The notes below the pieces were generated by a model. It was not told the origin of the DNA and did no database searches. It saw only the letters and a program-made list of their open reading frames with translations. From NCBI RefSeq assembly GCF_006345805.1, contig NC_043008.1, forward strand, positions 66,836,001 through 66,900,000: a stretch of 64,000 bases of DNA, in the 5' to 3' direction. Of this stretch, positions 1 to 14,199 are shown one piece after another. The DNA is from Octopus sinensis. Its lineage: Eukaryota. The stretch's first letter is position 1, and each line of letters begins with the position of its first letter. Made by a program: the position numbers and the translations under genes.

Positions 1-375
1 AGTGGTGGTGATGGAGGTGCTGGAATAATTTTTATTGAAAACTGGGTGAAAAGTTAAAACAATTAACAGCATCCAATGAATTTTCAGGAAAATGGACACC
101 TGATGTTGAAAATTATCATCACTGTCGCTGCTGCTGCTGCTACAACTGCTGCTGCTGCTGCTACTACTACTACTACTACAGCTGCTGCTGCTGCTCAAGC
201 TGCTGCTACTGGTACCACTATTACTACCACCTCCACAACGATTATGACCGTTATAATTATCATTATCGTTAGCATCGTCATCGTCGTCATCACCACCACC
301 ACCACCACCAACACCACCACCACCACCACCACCACCACTTCCATCATCATCATCATCATCATCATCATGTGTATA

Positions 376-894
<519 letters not shown>

Positions 895-903
895 AGGTAT
901 AAG

Positions 904-937
<34 letters not shown>

Positions 938-1119
938 ATATTATATATATATATATATACATACATCCAAGAGCGTAGGCTCAAAACGTAAAAGACTTTT
1001 TCACCTTTCTGAATCGTTAAACTAATACACTTGCTTGTTGTTCATATACCAGTCTTTGTCTTTTGTTTTCCATAAATTTCAAGATAGTTTTTCCAAAGAT
1101 TTCAGATAAAGACAGAAGC

Positions 1120-1164
<45 letters not shown>

Positions 1165-1710
1165 ATGTATATACCTATTTATGAGTGTGTGTGTGTGTGT
1201 GTGTGCGCGCACGCGTTTGTGCATATATGTAAATATTCGCAAACACATATCGAAAAGCGTTAACATGAAACTCAGAGCAACAACGGTAACAAATTTGATT
1301 TCAGTGCTTTACACTCTAAGTTCAAACCTTGCTGTGCCGCGCTTTACTCATTTTTCTTCCGAGCGCGATGAAAATAGATACCAGTGATGCACTGGGTTTG
1401 ATATAATTGACTGCTACACATCGCACAGTACCATATTTGATGGCATAAAAGATGCACGAGCATATTAGGCTCACTCCAGTTTCAGAAGCACATATTCAGA
1501 AAACATTTGTTTTTAATAGATTTGTAACGAAGCACATCCACCCAACTTCGAATATAGGACCCGGCGTGATTGTCAGAGAGACTTTTTATTTATTCAAAAA
1601 CAAGTGATTCTTATAAACCATCAAACACGGTAGGTTCTTCTTTATTTTAGCAATTTCTTTATCAAGTTTTGTTGTTGTCTTTTCCTTATATTTGTAAAAT
1701 AAAGGTATAT

Positions 1711-1748
<38 letters not shown>

Positions 1749-2697
1749 AGTACACGCACGCACGCGTATATACACATACGCATGCATACATACATACACA
1801 CACGCATGCACGCACGTACGCACGGACGCGCACGCACACACACACTCGCACACACTCGCACACACACTCACACATATATACACATATATGCATACATATA
1901 TATATAGGTATATATATATATGTATATATATATAAATACACATACACACATATATGTCTACATACAAACAACATTCATATATATATATATATATGTATAT
2001 ATACAAACATACCGACACACGTACACACGCGCGCGCATGCACACACACCTGTCAATGTATATACATTTATGTACTTGATTTTGTTTGCTGCATATGTTTG
2101 CTTATCTGTGTGTACATATATATGCATCGATAATCAACATTTCGGTAATTTAACCACAAACGAGAACATTATAACATAAAAAAGATAAAACAGCATACGT
2201 ACTGTATAAAGACCATAGAATAATCACCAGAAAAATGTATTCCCTTCCATCATTTTATGCACCTCGGTCATTGAGAAGGCGTATATACATACATACATAT
2301 GTGCGTGTGTGTGTGTAATCGCTTGCACTCGTACGTGAGTGAGTGAGCGAGCGTGTGTGTAATGTATATGTATATTGTTATAAAGTTTACACTGGTGTTG
2401 GTAAACTTACTTGCTTCATGGTTGTTTTAAGATGTGAACAGTGACCAAGTTTGAGGAAATCAAAGCTGCAAAACTGAAGTCAGTAACAAGAAATAAGATT
2501 ATTTTTAATGTTTCAAACTGTTTTAATCCTCACAGCAGAAAAATGAATAAAACAAATCTGTTTCACTTTCACTTTCAGTTCTGTCTGATTGTGTGTTCTT
2601 AAGAAGTAATGGAGCACACCACGCATGTTGATACGTGTTTTCTAGTTTATCGTGTGTGTAATTGTGTGTGTGTGTGTGTGTGTGCGTGTGTGCGTGT

Positions 2698-2757
<60 letters not shown>

Positions 2758-3063
2758 ATGTACGTCCTTGTTAGGAAATCACTCCAAGAGAAGGAAAACT
2801 AATGTAATGTAATGATATTGACTAGTTCTTCTTTTGGGGGTATCTATCATCGTTGTTTAGGGAGTGAGATCAGTTATGTGCAATGCCTCTCCTCTCTTTA
2901 AAAAGCATCATGCTCAAGAATCGCTTCATGTACCAGTATTGTCATCTTATGTTTGAGAACGAAGAAGAGGTCATCATGTATGAATATACGTATATATGTA
3001 TGTATACATGCATTCACAGACATATGTATATGTGTGTGTACATACAAGTATACATATATATAT

Positions 3064-3832
3064 AAAGATATCCAACAACACCAGAGACCTTGGAATAATT
3101 GTTGATAACAATCTAAGCTGGAGTTCCCACGTCAACACCAAGGTTGACTTGACCCGCAAGATGTGCTCCTGGATTCTAAGAACTTTCCGGTCTAGTGATG
3201 CCCACATCATCATCCTTCTCTACTCTACTTTTACCCCACCCACCTTGAATATGGTTGCCCTCTGTGGTCTCCCCGCACGAAGCAACTCTGTATGAAAGTG
3301 GAAACATTCCAGAGGTCAATAACAAGAAAGATAGCCGGCATGATAGATATTGACTATTGGGGTCGACTAAAAAAAAAAAACAATCTCTACTCTCTCCAAC
3401 GCCACCGGGAGCGCTACCTCATTTGTGTGATGTAGAAAATATTCCATCAATATTGCACAAATGATGTTGGCATCAATTTTAAAATCCACCCAAGACTTGA
3501 CCCCGTGCTATCCACCCACTACATAAATCGAACTCAGATCACATAACAACGTTGTGACACGACTACTTTACCTCAACCGGTCCAGCCCACTTTAATATAC
3601 CAAAATACAAGATGGAAACGGATCTCGTAAAATTCAAAAGTTCTCTAGACAAATTTCTTCAAAAAACCTCGGACTAACCTATTACACCCGGATACGTCTG
3701 CAACAATAATAACTCTTTGCTAGAGTGGTCTATGGTGCCCCATATATGACTAAAAGACTTCACCAGGTGGTGCTATTAAGTTAGACATGACCTGGGCCTA
3801 TACTAGCCGAAACCTATCAAAATTATCAAACT
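3064..3832 (+). mobile_element. CR1/L2-clade LINE 3' fragment
   Basis: RDLGIIVDNNLSWSSHV...KMCSWILRTF...LLYSTF is typical of the post-RT region. It is frameshifted and ends in a 3' stem-loop tail. Confidence 0.8.
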
Positions 3833-4031
3833 TTGATAGTTTTGATATATATATATATAACTCAAAGGAATTCCAATTCTCTCTGTTTTTTATGTTTTAT
3901 TTATATTCTTATAATATTAATATAGGATATAGAATATAGAATATATAGTAAGAAAGAAATGAAATGAAGTATTGATTGTCTTATTGAACAAAAGAAATAT
4001 TAATATTTAAATATTAAATGTCTATTTTTAT

Positions 4032-4074
4032 TGAACTAGTATACTTTCTTGCATTTAAGCATTCATCAGGTTCA
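4032..4074 (-). ncRNA. Minimal hammerhead ribozyme (palindromic stem III)
   Basis: UGAAC CUGAUGA A-UGC-UUAAAU-GCA-A GAAA GUAUAC UA GUUCA. It has a 5-bp stem I, the palindrome GUAUAC and an A.A pair at the base of stem II. Confidence 0.7.
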
Positions 4075-4342
4075 GATTGTGGTTGACTGGTTACCTTTTG
4101 TCTTTTATATACATTCCTGTGGACAGCAGGAATGTATTATATATCTATATACATAATTAATATAAACAGCAGTTTGCAGTCTTTCACCAAAAAGGAGAAT
4201 TACAAATGTCACTAAATGCATCTAGGGTGTTAAGAAACACCTACATTGCTAGAAATAAGAGCGAAACCTCTCTAATGTACATGAATGAAAAAAATATACA
4301 CTAATATGGACCATAATCGTCCGAAAAGTGCCAATAGAGAAT

Positions 4343-4395
4343 TCTTAATACTGACGCGTCAGTTTCGGTAATTTCCGTTGCCTCATCAGTTAAGA
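4343..4395 (-). ncRNA. Type I hammerhead ribozyme, intact core
   Basis: Minus strand reads UCUUAA CUGAUGA GGCAACGGAAAUUACC GAAA CUGACGCGUCAG UA UUAAGA. It has a 6-bp stem I, the canonical core, a G-C-closed stem II, a palindromic stem III and a GUA triplet. Predicted cut between 4349 and 4348. Confidence 0.88.
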
Positions 4396-4687
4396 CAGCT
4401 CGACTTCAGCTCTTTCCGGACTCGCTTCGCCATTAGTTGTTACGCTCCCGTCATCCAAATAATAGGGTGATTTAGCATTCGCTAATGTGTATATATAAAA
4501 TTAATATAAAGAGCAGTTTGCAATGTTTCACCCAAAAGGAGAATTACAAATGTCACTAAGTGCGGCTAAGTTGTTAGAAAACACATACATTGCTAGAAAT
4601 AAGAGCTAAACGGCTCTACTACTGTAGTTAACGCACATGAATGAAAATATATACACTATGTCGTCCGAAAAGTGCCGATCAAGAATT

Positions 4688-4738
4688 CTTAATACTGACG
4701 CGTCAGTTTCTGCAACTTCTGTTGCCTCATCGGTTAAG
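4688..4738 (-). ncRNA. Hammerhead ribozyme, mutated copy
   Basis: CUUAA CCGAUGA GGCAACAGAAGUUGCA GAAA CUGACGCGUCAG UA UUAAG. It carries U4>C and has lost the stem II closing pair. Confidence 0.7.
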
Positions 4739-4970
4739 GCAGCATTGGAGCTGTTTCGCTCTTATTTCTAGTAATGTAGGTGTTTTCTAATGCTCTAGCT
4801 GCATTTAGTGACATTTGTAATTCTCTTTTTTGGTGAAACATTGCAAACTGCTGTTTATATTAATTTTATATATACACATTAGCGAATCGCTAAATCACCC
4901 TGTTATTTGGATGACGGAAATATAACTACTAATGGCGAGGTGAGTTCGGAAAGAACCAAAGTCGAGGTGT

Positions 4971-5021
4971 CTTAACTGATGAGGCAACGGAAATTACCGA
5001 AACTGGTGCGTCAGTATTAAG
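4971..5021 (+). ncRNA. Type I hammerhead ribozyme, intact core
   Basis: CUUAA CUGAUGA GGCAACGGAAAUUACC GAAA CUG-GUGCGU-CAG UA UUAAG. Predicted cut after 5016. Confidence 0.85.
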
Positions 5022-5175
5022 GATTCTCGATTGGCACTTTTTGGACGATTATGGTCCTTGTTACGCTATATATTTTAATTAATGTGCGTTAACAACAGCA
5101 TTAGAGCAATTTAGCTCTTATTTCTAGTAATGTAGGTGTTTGCAAACCCCCTAGTCGTATTTAGTGATATATATA

Positions 5176-5279
<104 letters not shown>

Positions 5280-5323
5280 CAGATATATAGAGATATATAT
5301 ATACACATAGACACATACATACA

Positions 5324-5400
<77 letters not shown>

Positions 5401-6347
5401 GTGAAAGAGTGCGTATCCTGGATTCTTAGCCGGGAATCGAATATCTAGCCAAGATTTTCTACGACATGCTTACCAGTGTTCTCGTCATTAGCACTTAGGA
5501 ATTTGCGCAGATAAACCGTCAAACTTAGATAAGCTGTACTGTTTAAGTGAATATTCTTGGGTTAAATACAGGTTAACATAAATAAGCCAATTTATTTCCC
5601 ATTGATCTCCGACCCACATTCAGCTTTCCGACATATATAAAAATTAATCCTCACAGTATATTAGGGGACAGTCATTTTTGCCTTTAGACGCCGCACGTCT
5701 TTCTATTTCTAGCAAACAACCCCTTCCTAACATTCGCAAACAGACGCAATTATTGCCAAAAGTGCACGAGCTTTGCCGTTGTTATTTCCTCTTACTATTG
5801 TAAAACAACCGACTACAATAGCCAAGGCTGGCTTCAGGAGGTGCGGGATCCAATTGGGTGAGACGGGGAGATTTCCAAGGGTCTACCCTACTCCACCCAC
5901 CTCTGAATTCCGCGGAAAAAAATCCGCGGCATATTAGGAGACATTAGTTGATAGCACAAGAAAAGAAAAACGAGGAAAAAAATCACTATTTCCCACCGAA
6001 ATCAAGTTGAATGTTAAACTATAAATTTACCCAAAATTTTCACCATCAGTTAGCGAAACTACATCTCAACTACGCTTTTTAAAAATATTCTAGCAAAAAT
6101 TAGAAAGAAATTTAACATGATCCCAAAGAAACTTTCATCTGTTGAATGATGTTACGCTAAAAAAGATATACGTAAAATGCAAATTAATGATTAGAACTTT
6201 TTCGATGTTGGTTATATACTCATAATTTTTCCTATAATTTCAGTTGTAGAAAACACAATCCTGTCTGTGTGACAAGAAGCGTGATTTTTGGTTATATGGT
6301 TCTGGGTTTAGCACCACTGTGTGACGCCAAATGTCTCCTACTATAGT

Positions 6348-6422
<75 letters not shown>

Positions 6423-7523
6423 TGTGTGTGTATGTTTGTGCTTTTCCAAAAACCTGAATGGCTGTCATTGCAAAGAGATTTTCGCTTTTGAAAATCTCTT
6501 TGCAATGGACACCCATTCAGGTTATTTGGACAAGCACAAGAGGCAAGTAATTTTATCTCACCCCACCCATCTCTCTGTCTCTGTCTGTCTGTCTGTCTCT
6601 CTGTGCACACACACACATGCGCGCGCATGTGTATGTATACAGTTCACCACACACTAAAAAATACATATACGTACAATCATACACATACAAGCATAAGCAT
6701 ACATACGCATACATTCACACAAACACAAAGACCTCAACCAAATCAAACCACTATGATAAATAATTGTGTGACCATGTCACTTTGACAGAAATTCCTGTAG
6801 CCAAAATACGGAGCACTCAATTCTTTAACATACACACATTTAGCCTTTTGCTTTTATCATTGTTGTTTTATTTTTTACTTTCTTTAATACACGCACACAA
6901 ACACACAAACACACACACACAAGCACGCACGCAAGCACACACACAACTCTCTCTCTCTCTCTCATATGCACAGACATAAAAGAAGTAAATAGACACCCTT
7001 ATAATCATTAAAATTCATTTAAATCTGAAATTATATATTCAAATTATTTATTCATTGTTATAACGTGAATATTTAATATTTAGTAGACATGCCCTTTGAT
7101 TTGATTGGTTGAAATTAATGAAAATACGGGAACTTTAACTTGAAATAACTTCGTAAATATAAGTTTTTCTCAAAAATGTTAAGAGTAAAAGATGTTTGAT
7201 ATGACACATTCTACCAGTGTCCGAAGTCTGAAAGTGTTTAGTTACAAAAAAATATTTTTTTAATTTGTAGGTCAAAATTTGTAGGTCATATTATATAATT
7301 GTTTGTGAGGTTGTCGAGCTAAATTTTTTTAAATTACATTAATCTGAAGGGTTACTCAAAACAAATTGAAGAGCTCATATTTAATATTCTTTTACAAGGA
7401 ATGGTGACAATGACTTCGCAATCACCGTACAACCTGATTACCATTCGATATAGCTTCACCTATCCCAGAAAAAAATAAACTTTCCTGAGATAATATAAAG
7501 CCAAGGTGGACTCAAATGTACCA

Positions 7524-7565
7524 CAGTCCGATGAAGGCTAGCAGACCGAAACTTCGAAGGCACTG
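7524..7565 (+). ncRNA. Degenerate hammerhead ribozyme
   Basis: CAGU CCGAUGA A GG-CUAGCAGA-CC GAAA CUUCGAAG GC ACUG. A fragment of the same family at 9226-9253 (-) has UUCGAAG UC ACUG, showing the original GUC triplet. Confidence 0.6.
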
Positions 7566-7885
7566 ACAAAATTATTCTTGACACACACACACACAAGTGA
7601 GCGTGCTGTATTTAACGTGTGTTTCCAAACTATTGTAATAAATGATTTCCTTGTCAACAAGTTAGGGGGCCCACGCAGAGATGCCTGCTTTTATTACATT
7701 TTGTTTTACTCCTACTTTCTGTTATTTTCTGTCTGTTTTGCTTTTAGTAAGAGGCGACGGAACAAGAGTTTATGTTAATACCTACAATAAAGAATCAAGT
7801 GCAAGCAAGACTTTAAACGTTTCCAGCATCAATAAGCTAGCTTCGAGGTATTTTTACACACTCAAATACACACACACACACACAC

Positions 7886-7939
<54 letters not shown>

Positions 7940-8303
7940 ACACACACGCTCATATCATGACGGAGTGGAGGAAGCACCATTGGCGACAGCTCTTGTACTG
8001 ATGTATGATAAAAATAATATCAAACATTCATGGTGAGGAAATGTAGCAATATAACAACAGATCAATAACAGTGACGGTTCGATAAGCTTTCAGTTACAAA
8101 GTAAAACATTTTTCAAAAAAAAATATGTATGTGTGTGTGTAGCAGGCGTGTGTGTGAGTAAGTGTGTGTGTGTATGAGTGTGTGTGTGTGTGTAAACATG
8201 TAATATCTATGTATGCATTATGAATGAATGTAAGAGAGTCTGTGTGCACATGTGTGACTGTGTGCATGCAATGTATATGTATATATGTGTGTGTGTATAT
8301 ATG

Positions 8304-8400
<97 letters not shown>

Positions 8401-8547
8401 CATATATATATGCGTGTGTGTGGATGTATGCCTATGAACATATGTATATATATATATATATATACACATAGACAATATATATACACATAGATATGTATAT
8501 ACACATACGTGCATATACATACACATATGCACACAGAGACTCAGACA

Positions 8548-8698
8548 CGTACACACACACACGTACACACACACACGTACACACACACACGTACACACAC
8601 ACACGTACACACACACACGTACACACACACACGTACACACACACACGTACACACACACACGTACACACACACACGTACACACACACACGTACACACAC
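8548..8698. repeat. 12-mer minisatellite (GTACACACACAC)n
   Basis: Regular 12-nt period. Confidence 0.9.
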
Positions 8699-9006
8699 CT
8701 CTACGCACACACATATGGCGCTGGAGCTTTGGGTCGGATGACTTGCAGTATTCCATTTCTCTGCCATTTTTCACTTCAAATCCCATCTCCTTCTGACAAA
8801 ATATGCCAATCGAACTGGATGGAAGTTTTTAAGTAAATACCCTAATATTTCAGCAGATCCCTATCGATGGGACCACACCATTTGAAAGGGGATAAACTGT
8901 AAGGGGATTTTAAAGTCTTGTGCCCTCAACGGCTACTGAATACCCACCAAGACACACGAAAGTATACTGATATATGTGTGTGTGCGTGTGTTAGATCTGA
9001 TCTAGC

Positions 9007-9416
9007 CAGTGGTTCCCAAACCTTTTTGAGTTGTCACCCCATTGACACCCAGGTGATACTCCTAGTTCCCCGCTCCACACCTCATACTCACCACCACAAA
9101 CATAGACCACTTTCTGAAGCAAATTCGAAACAACTGGGTTTGTTAACAAAGGAAATCATTTATTACAATAGTTTTAAAACACACGTTAAATACCACGCGT
9201 TCACGGGTGTGTATGTGTGTGTGTGAAGAATAATTTTGTCAGTGACTTCGAAATAATGAACCCATTATTTTGCTGGTTTTACATCCATCGGTCCCTACCT
9301 ACTTTTGGCCGCCCTATTTTCGCTCCACTTTTCTTCAACGCCGCCCCCACCACCACTTAGAGCTTTCCCCCGCCCCCAGGAACAGGGGGTGTACCACCCA
9401 CTTTTGGAAACCACTG
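9007..9416. mobile_element. hAT-like MITE
   Basis: TIRs cagtggttcccaaa and tttggaaaccactg. The flanks share tctagc. Confidence 0.7.
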
Positions 9417-9546
9417 TCTAGCGCATGAACGAGCAAATCAGAACCATAACCATATAAATCGAAGAGGACAGCTTTTATTGATATCCATAAAAAACACAAA
9501 AATTATAACAATTATTGAAATGGACTGTAAAAATTAGTTATCGTGT

Positions 9547-9567
9547 GTATGTATGTATGTATGTATG

Positions 9568-9599
<32 letters not shown>

Positions 9600-9870
9600 T
9601 GTATGTATATATGCATGTATGTATGTATGTATGTATGTATGTATGTATGTATGTATGTATGTATGTATGTATGCATGCATGCATGCATGTATGTATGTAT
9701 GTATGTATGCATGTATGTATGTATGTATGTATGTATGTATGTATGTATGTATGTATGCATGCATGCATGCATGCATGTATGTATGTATGTATGTATGTAT
9801 GCATGTATGTATGTATGTATGTATGTATGTATGTATGTATGTATGTATGTATGTATGTATGTATGTATGT
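9547..9870. repeat. (TATG)n/(CATG)n microsatellite
   Basis: Direct reading. Confidence 0.95.
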
Positions 9871-10881
9871 GCAAGTTTGGCCATATACATAAGTATGTAT
9901 GTATGTACAGGTTTGGCCATAAGTTACCCGGCAGTGAACCAAAATTCTGTCTGTAATTCTTTATTGACTCGAATGGAAAAATGTGTCGCTCAAGAAGGAC
10001 TTCAGTTTAAACAATTTTCATGATGTTTCATATTTAGATGCTTTTATGAAATTCATTCAGTCGTGAAACATAAATAAATCTTGGAATTAAATGGTTTTGA
10101 TTTACTGTCAGGTGACTTTTAGTCAAACCTGTTTAACATATAATATATATTACACTTATTTTATAATATATACTATTTATATCATATACATTCATATATT
10201 GTAATATATATATACAATAAATTCGTACTTAGTCATGCTACGACCGTTGCTGGACGTATTTTGTCTGCTACTGATGTATTTATGTTTTCCTGCACTAATC
10301 TGTTACAGATGCTTTCTCGAGAAGAATACCTCAGTTTTATAAGGCTTTCAACGATGTATCTTCATTAAGCATGATACACAGGTTACTATTTTGAACAAAT
10401 ACTGCTTCTGTTGCTAATGATGAATTAACACACATACACATACATCGTACTCTTTCATGATGGTAAATCAACAAAAGAAAATCTACTTCATTCTCACCTT
10501 TTCTCGCGTTTTTTCTCGACCTGTCTTCCATTTTTAGTTCGTTGTGCTAAAAGGGCAGTGCTTGATGATTGAGCTAGGACACCAGTATAAAAAAATACTG
10601 CCTAGCATGCTCTCAGCGCATGAAACTAGTTGTAGCACATAAACTATATGTTGTGTTTATTAAATAATGTGTGTGTGTATTCAATAATATGGATCTATAT
10701 CGACTGCTAGGGTATTATTTTTACTTCACTCAACACACTTTTTATAATTTTATTCATCATCATTCTCAAGAATACCAAAGCTGCCAAAATAGACTATTTA
10801 CCGTTTCCACGGATGAATGCTGTGCTCTTTTTTCCTTCTTGAAATAACTGCACTGCAATATATATTTGCAATTATGTAAGC

Positions 10882-11091
<210 letters not shown>

Positions 11092-11604
11092 TTTGTGTGT
11101 CTCTCATTGCATTATAGAATTCTTTGAAATAAATATAGATATATTTTTGCGAAACAACCATTTTTGGTGGACAGTAGATAAAAATATAACAATCATTTAT
11201 TTCATTGTTCGACTTGCACTTGGTGAGGGACGTATCTAAATACTACGCATCAACATACACATGACGAAGGAGAGAGTGTGTGTGTGAGGGGGAGAGCGAG
11301 AAAGAGAGTGTATAGAGGAGAACGAAAAAGAGAGTGTGCGGAGGAGAGTAAGAAAGAGAGAGAGAGTGTGTGTGTGCCGGGGAGAGCGAAAAAGAGAGAG
11401 TGGGAGAGACATACATACTTTTATGACTGCTGTTCACTCGTGAGTAAAAGAAGACCATCACTAACCAAGCACTCAGACAAACTTTTTACTTTACTCTTGT
11501 GGCTCCGCTGGTTACTAATGAGCCCAGTTCATGATAAATATACAACATCGCAAATATTGCAGACCAAGCTTTGCCCACTCACTACGCCTTAGCGTATTAA
11601 TATA

Positions 11605-12062
11605 TAGATGTTATCAGGGCAGCAAATAGGCAGAGTAGTTAGCACGCCGAGTAAAGTGCTAAGCGCTATTTTATCTGTCTTTACGTTCTGAGTTCAAATT
11701 CCGCTGAGGTCGACTTTGCCTTTCAACCTTTCGGGGTTGATAAATTAAGTACAAGTTGCATACTGGGGTCGATCTAATCGACTGGCCCCTCTCCCCACAA
11801 AATTTCGGACCTTTTGCCTAGAGTAGAAAAGAATATATAGATGTTATTAGGGCAGCAAATAGGCAGAGTCGTTAAGTCCGCCGAGCAAAGAGCTAAGCGG
11901 TATTTCATCTGTCTTTAAGTTCTGAGTTCAAATTCCACCGAGGTCAGCTTTACCTTTCATCCTTTAGAGATCAATAAAATAAGTACTAGGTGAGCACAGG
12001 GGTCGATGTAATCAACTTGTACCGCTCCTTCGAACTTGTTGGCATTGTGCCAAAATTTAATA
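11605..12062 (+). mobile_element. Two tandem family-B SINE copies
   Basis: tatatagatgttat.agggcagcaaataggcagag...gagttcaaattcc is repeated with a period of about 230. Confidence 0.78.
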
Positions 12063-13468
12063 GATATTATTGAGTGATGAAATCTACAACTCGATTTCGA
12101 ACAGTGCCATCGCTTGATTGATCTCTTAAATCTGAGCAGCACATTTCAATCTTTCTAGGTACCTCTTGCAGCAGGTGTTCACTCACCCTGACGCTTGCCT
12201 CCATTCCACCATGGAACCTTTAATTGAGTGGCTTGCCTTTATCGGCTACGGCCGGCCTTAGTATACAACACATGATCATATCTATAACGAAGATGATGGT
12301 TCATAAGGATGTGTGAATGTATATACGACTTGAGATGAAAATGAACTGGTAAGCGACGATTTATTCTCCGTTATAAAATACAATGATTGCCATACATGAG
12401 ATAAAATAACATAACAGGTTACAACAGAGATGTGTGAGAGACTGTTGGTGGTGTGTTGAGGCAGCCGTTGGTTCATACAGCAGCGATGTAGGCAGGTGTC
12501 AAGTGGAAATGAAAATGGAGACTGGCCGGTGTCAGATATATCTTTGTCAGAGATGAGTTGCGTGTGGTCAGTGGCGTGTGCCAAAGATGTAGAACAGTCG
12601 AGAACTGCATTTCTTATAGAGAATAGTGGGCTCCCAGGAGAGATGAAAGTTTTCCCGCCAAGAGATTAATTACGTGGATCCATTTTAGCGCATCTGATTA
12701 GTTAACCGTGTAATTTGGCACAATTGTTTAGGGAACAATTTGCGCCTAAAAACTAACCAATAAGAACAATCGTTACAACCTGGTCTTTATAGCTAAGTGT
12801 TTTCAGCTACGTCCAAACAACAACTATAATTCAAACGGAGAGAGAATAATTTGCTTTCTTTTATTTTGTCAATCCTATCCATCCATCTTTCTGTCCATTC
12901 AACCATCCATTCATTTATTGACAGTGGTTTCATCGCAGAAAACAGCCTAAAATCTGGTATTTAACGTTTTCTACTATGATTCTGCCGACTTAGAAACCTA
13001 GATCAGTAAATGTTACTTTTTTTGCAAAAGAAGAGAATGAACTTTTATTCACTAACTTAGCGCCATTTACACGTACTTGTACTTCTACTTATTTCACCCC
13101 AGTGACCGTGACCATGCTGGGGCAAACCAGATTTTTTTAATATTTCAACCACGAGGAATTTCGCTTATACGATCGTGGCTGTCGTCAATAACAATATCTC
13201 GAATATTGGTATCAACACAGCTGCAAAGTCTGTGAGGTATCTTTAAAAACGGTATATATACATGCATGCATACATAATTACTCTACACATTCACACACAT
13301 GTATGAATGTATGCATGTTTATATATACACATACACACAAGTAGGTACATAAAGGCAAAACAAGGTGGAAAATAATAGTACACGAATACCGAAGGCGGAG
13401 TAATATGCTTGTTTTTTTTTTTTTTGTTCTTTATTAAAGCCGAAAATATCTTCCCTGATATTCATCAA

Positions 13469-13508
13469 AATTGTCTGATAAACGATAACATGAAACTCAG
13501 TAACAGTT
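13469..13508 (+). ncRNA. Degenerate hammerhead ribozyme
   Basis: AAUUGU CUGAUAA ACGAUAACAU GAAA CUCAG UA ACAGUU. It has a 6-bp stem I (one G-U), G8>A and a weakened stem II. Confidence 0.5.
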
Positions 13509-13741
13509 TGCGAAGATTTTTTTCAGCATTACTAAAAGATATAAATGTATATAAATTGCACTTCATATTCGAGGCTTCGATGAAGCTATAAGGTGTTGTC
13601 CAGGCACTCAACTATGAGTCCATTGCATCTTGTAGCAGAAATAGCTGTAAGCTAATGAAGTTTCACTTTTTTCTTTTGTCATCTCATTTTCTTTATGTAT
13701 ATACAAACATACATACATGCATGCATACATACATACATACA

Positions 13742-13823
<82 letters not shown>

Positions 13824-14199
13824 TGGCCTCGTATATACATGAGAATATATGTATGTATACGTATGAATATGTATGTATTTGTATGGGTATGTACCCCTAC
13901 TTCTTCAGTCCTTCATCCTTTCACCCCTACTCCCCTTCCCTTCTTCCCTCTTTCTCCCTCCCTCTTCCCCTTCCCTCTGCTCCCTCACTCCCTCTCTCCC
14001 CTTCTCTCTCCCCCTCTCCCTCTTTCCTCCTTCATCCCCCTCATCCCCTTCCTTCTCCCCCATCCTCTCCTCTTCCCCCTTCTCCTCCCCCTCTTCTTCC
14101 CCTCCCCTTCTCTCCCCCTCTTCTCCCCCCTCTTCTCCCCCCTCTTCTCCTCACTACACCACATGACTTTACACATCACATCACATATGATGTGCCATA

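Larger units (their letters stand above)
4146..5167. mobile_element. Array of a ~344-bp HHR-containing unit: two direct copies plus an inverted arm (retrozyme or Penelope pLTR-like)
   Basis: 4146-4495 repeats at 4490-4740 with a period of 344 between HHRs. 4752-5167 is the reverse complement of about 1.2 units. Each unit carries an HHR motif. Confidence 0.8.

Noticed and set aside
3785-3815. Hairpin followed by GAAAC at CR1/L2 3' ends (also ~40870-40900)
   Set aside because: There is no CUGANGA core upstream; it is better explained as the LINE 3' stem-loop.
4146-5167. CRISPR-like interpretation of the repeat array
   Set aside because: The units are long with no unique spacers, the context is eukaryotic and there are no cas genes.
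12187-12260. Minus-strand donor agg|gtgagt preceded by ATG (MEASVR)
   Set aside because: It is a single short motif with no downstream exon identified.
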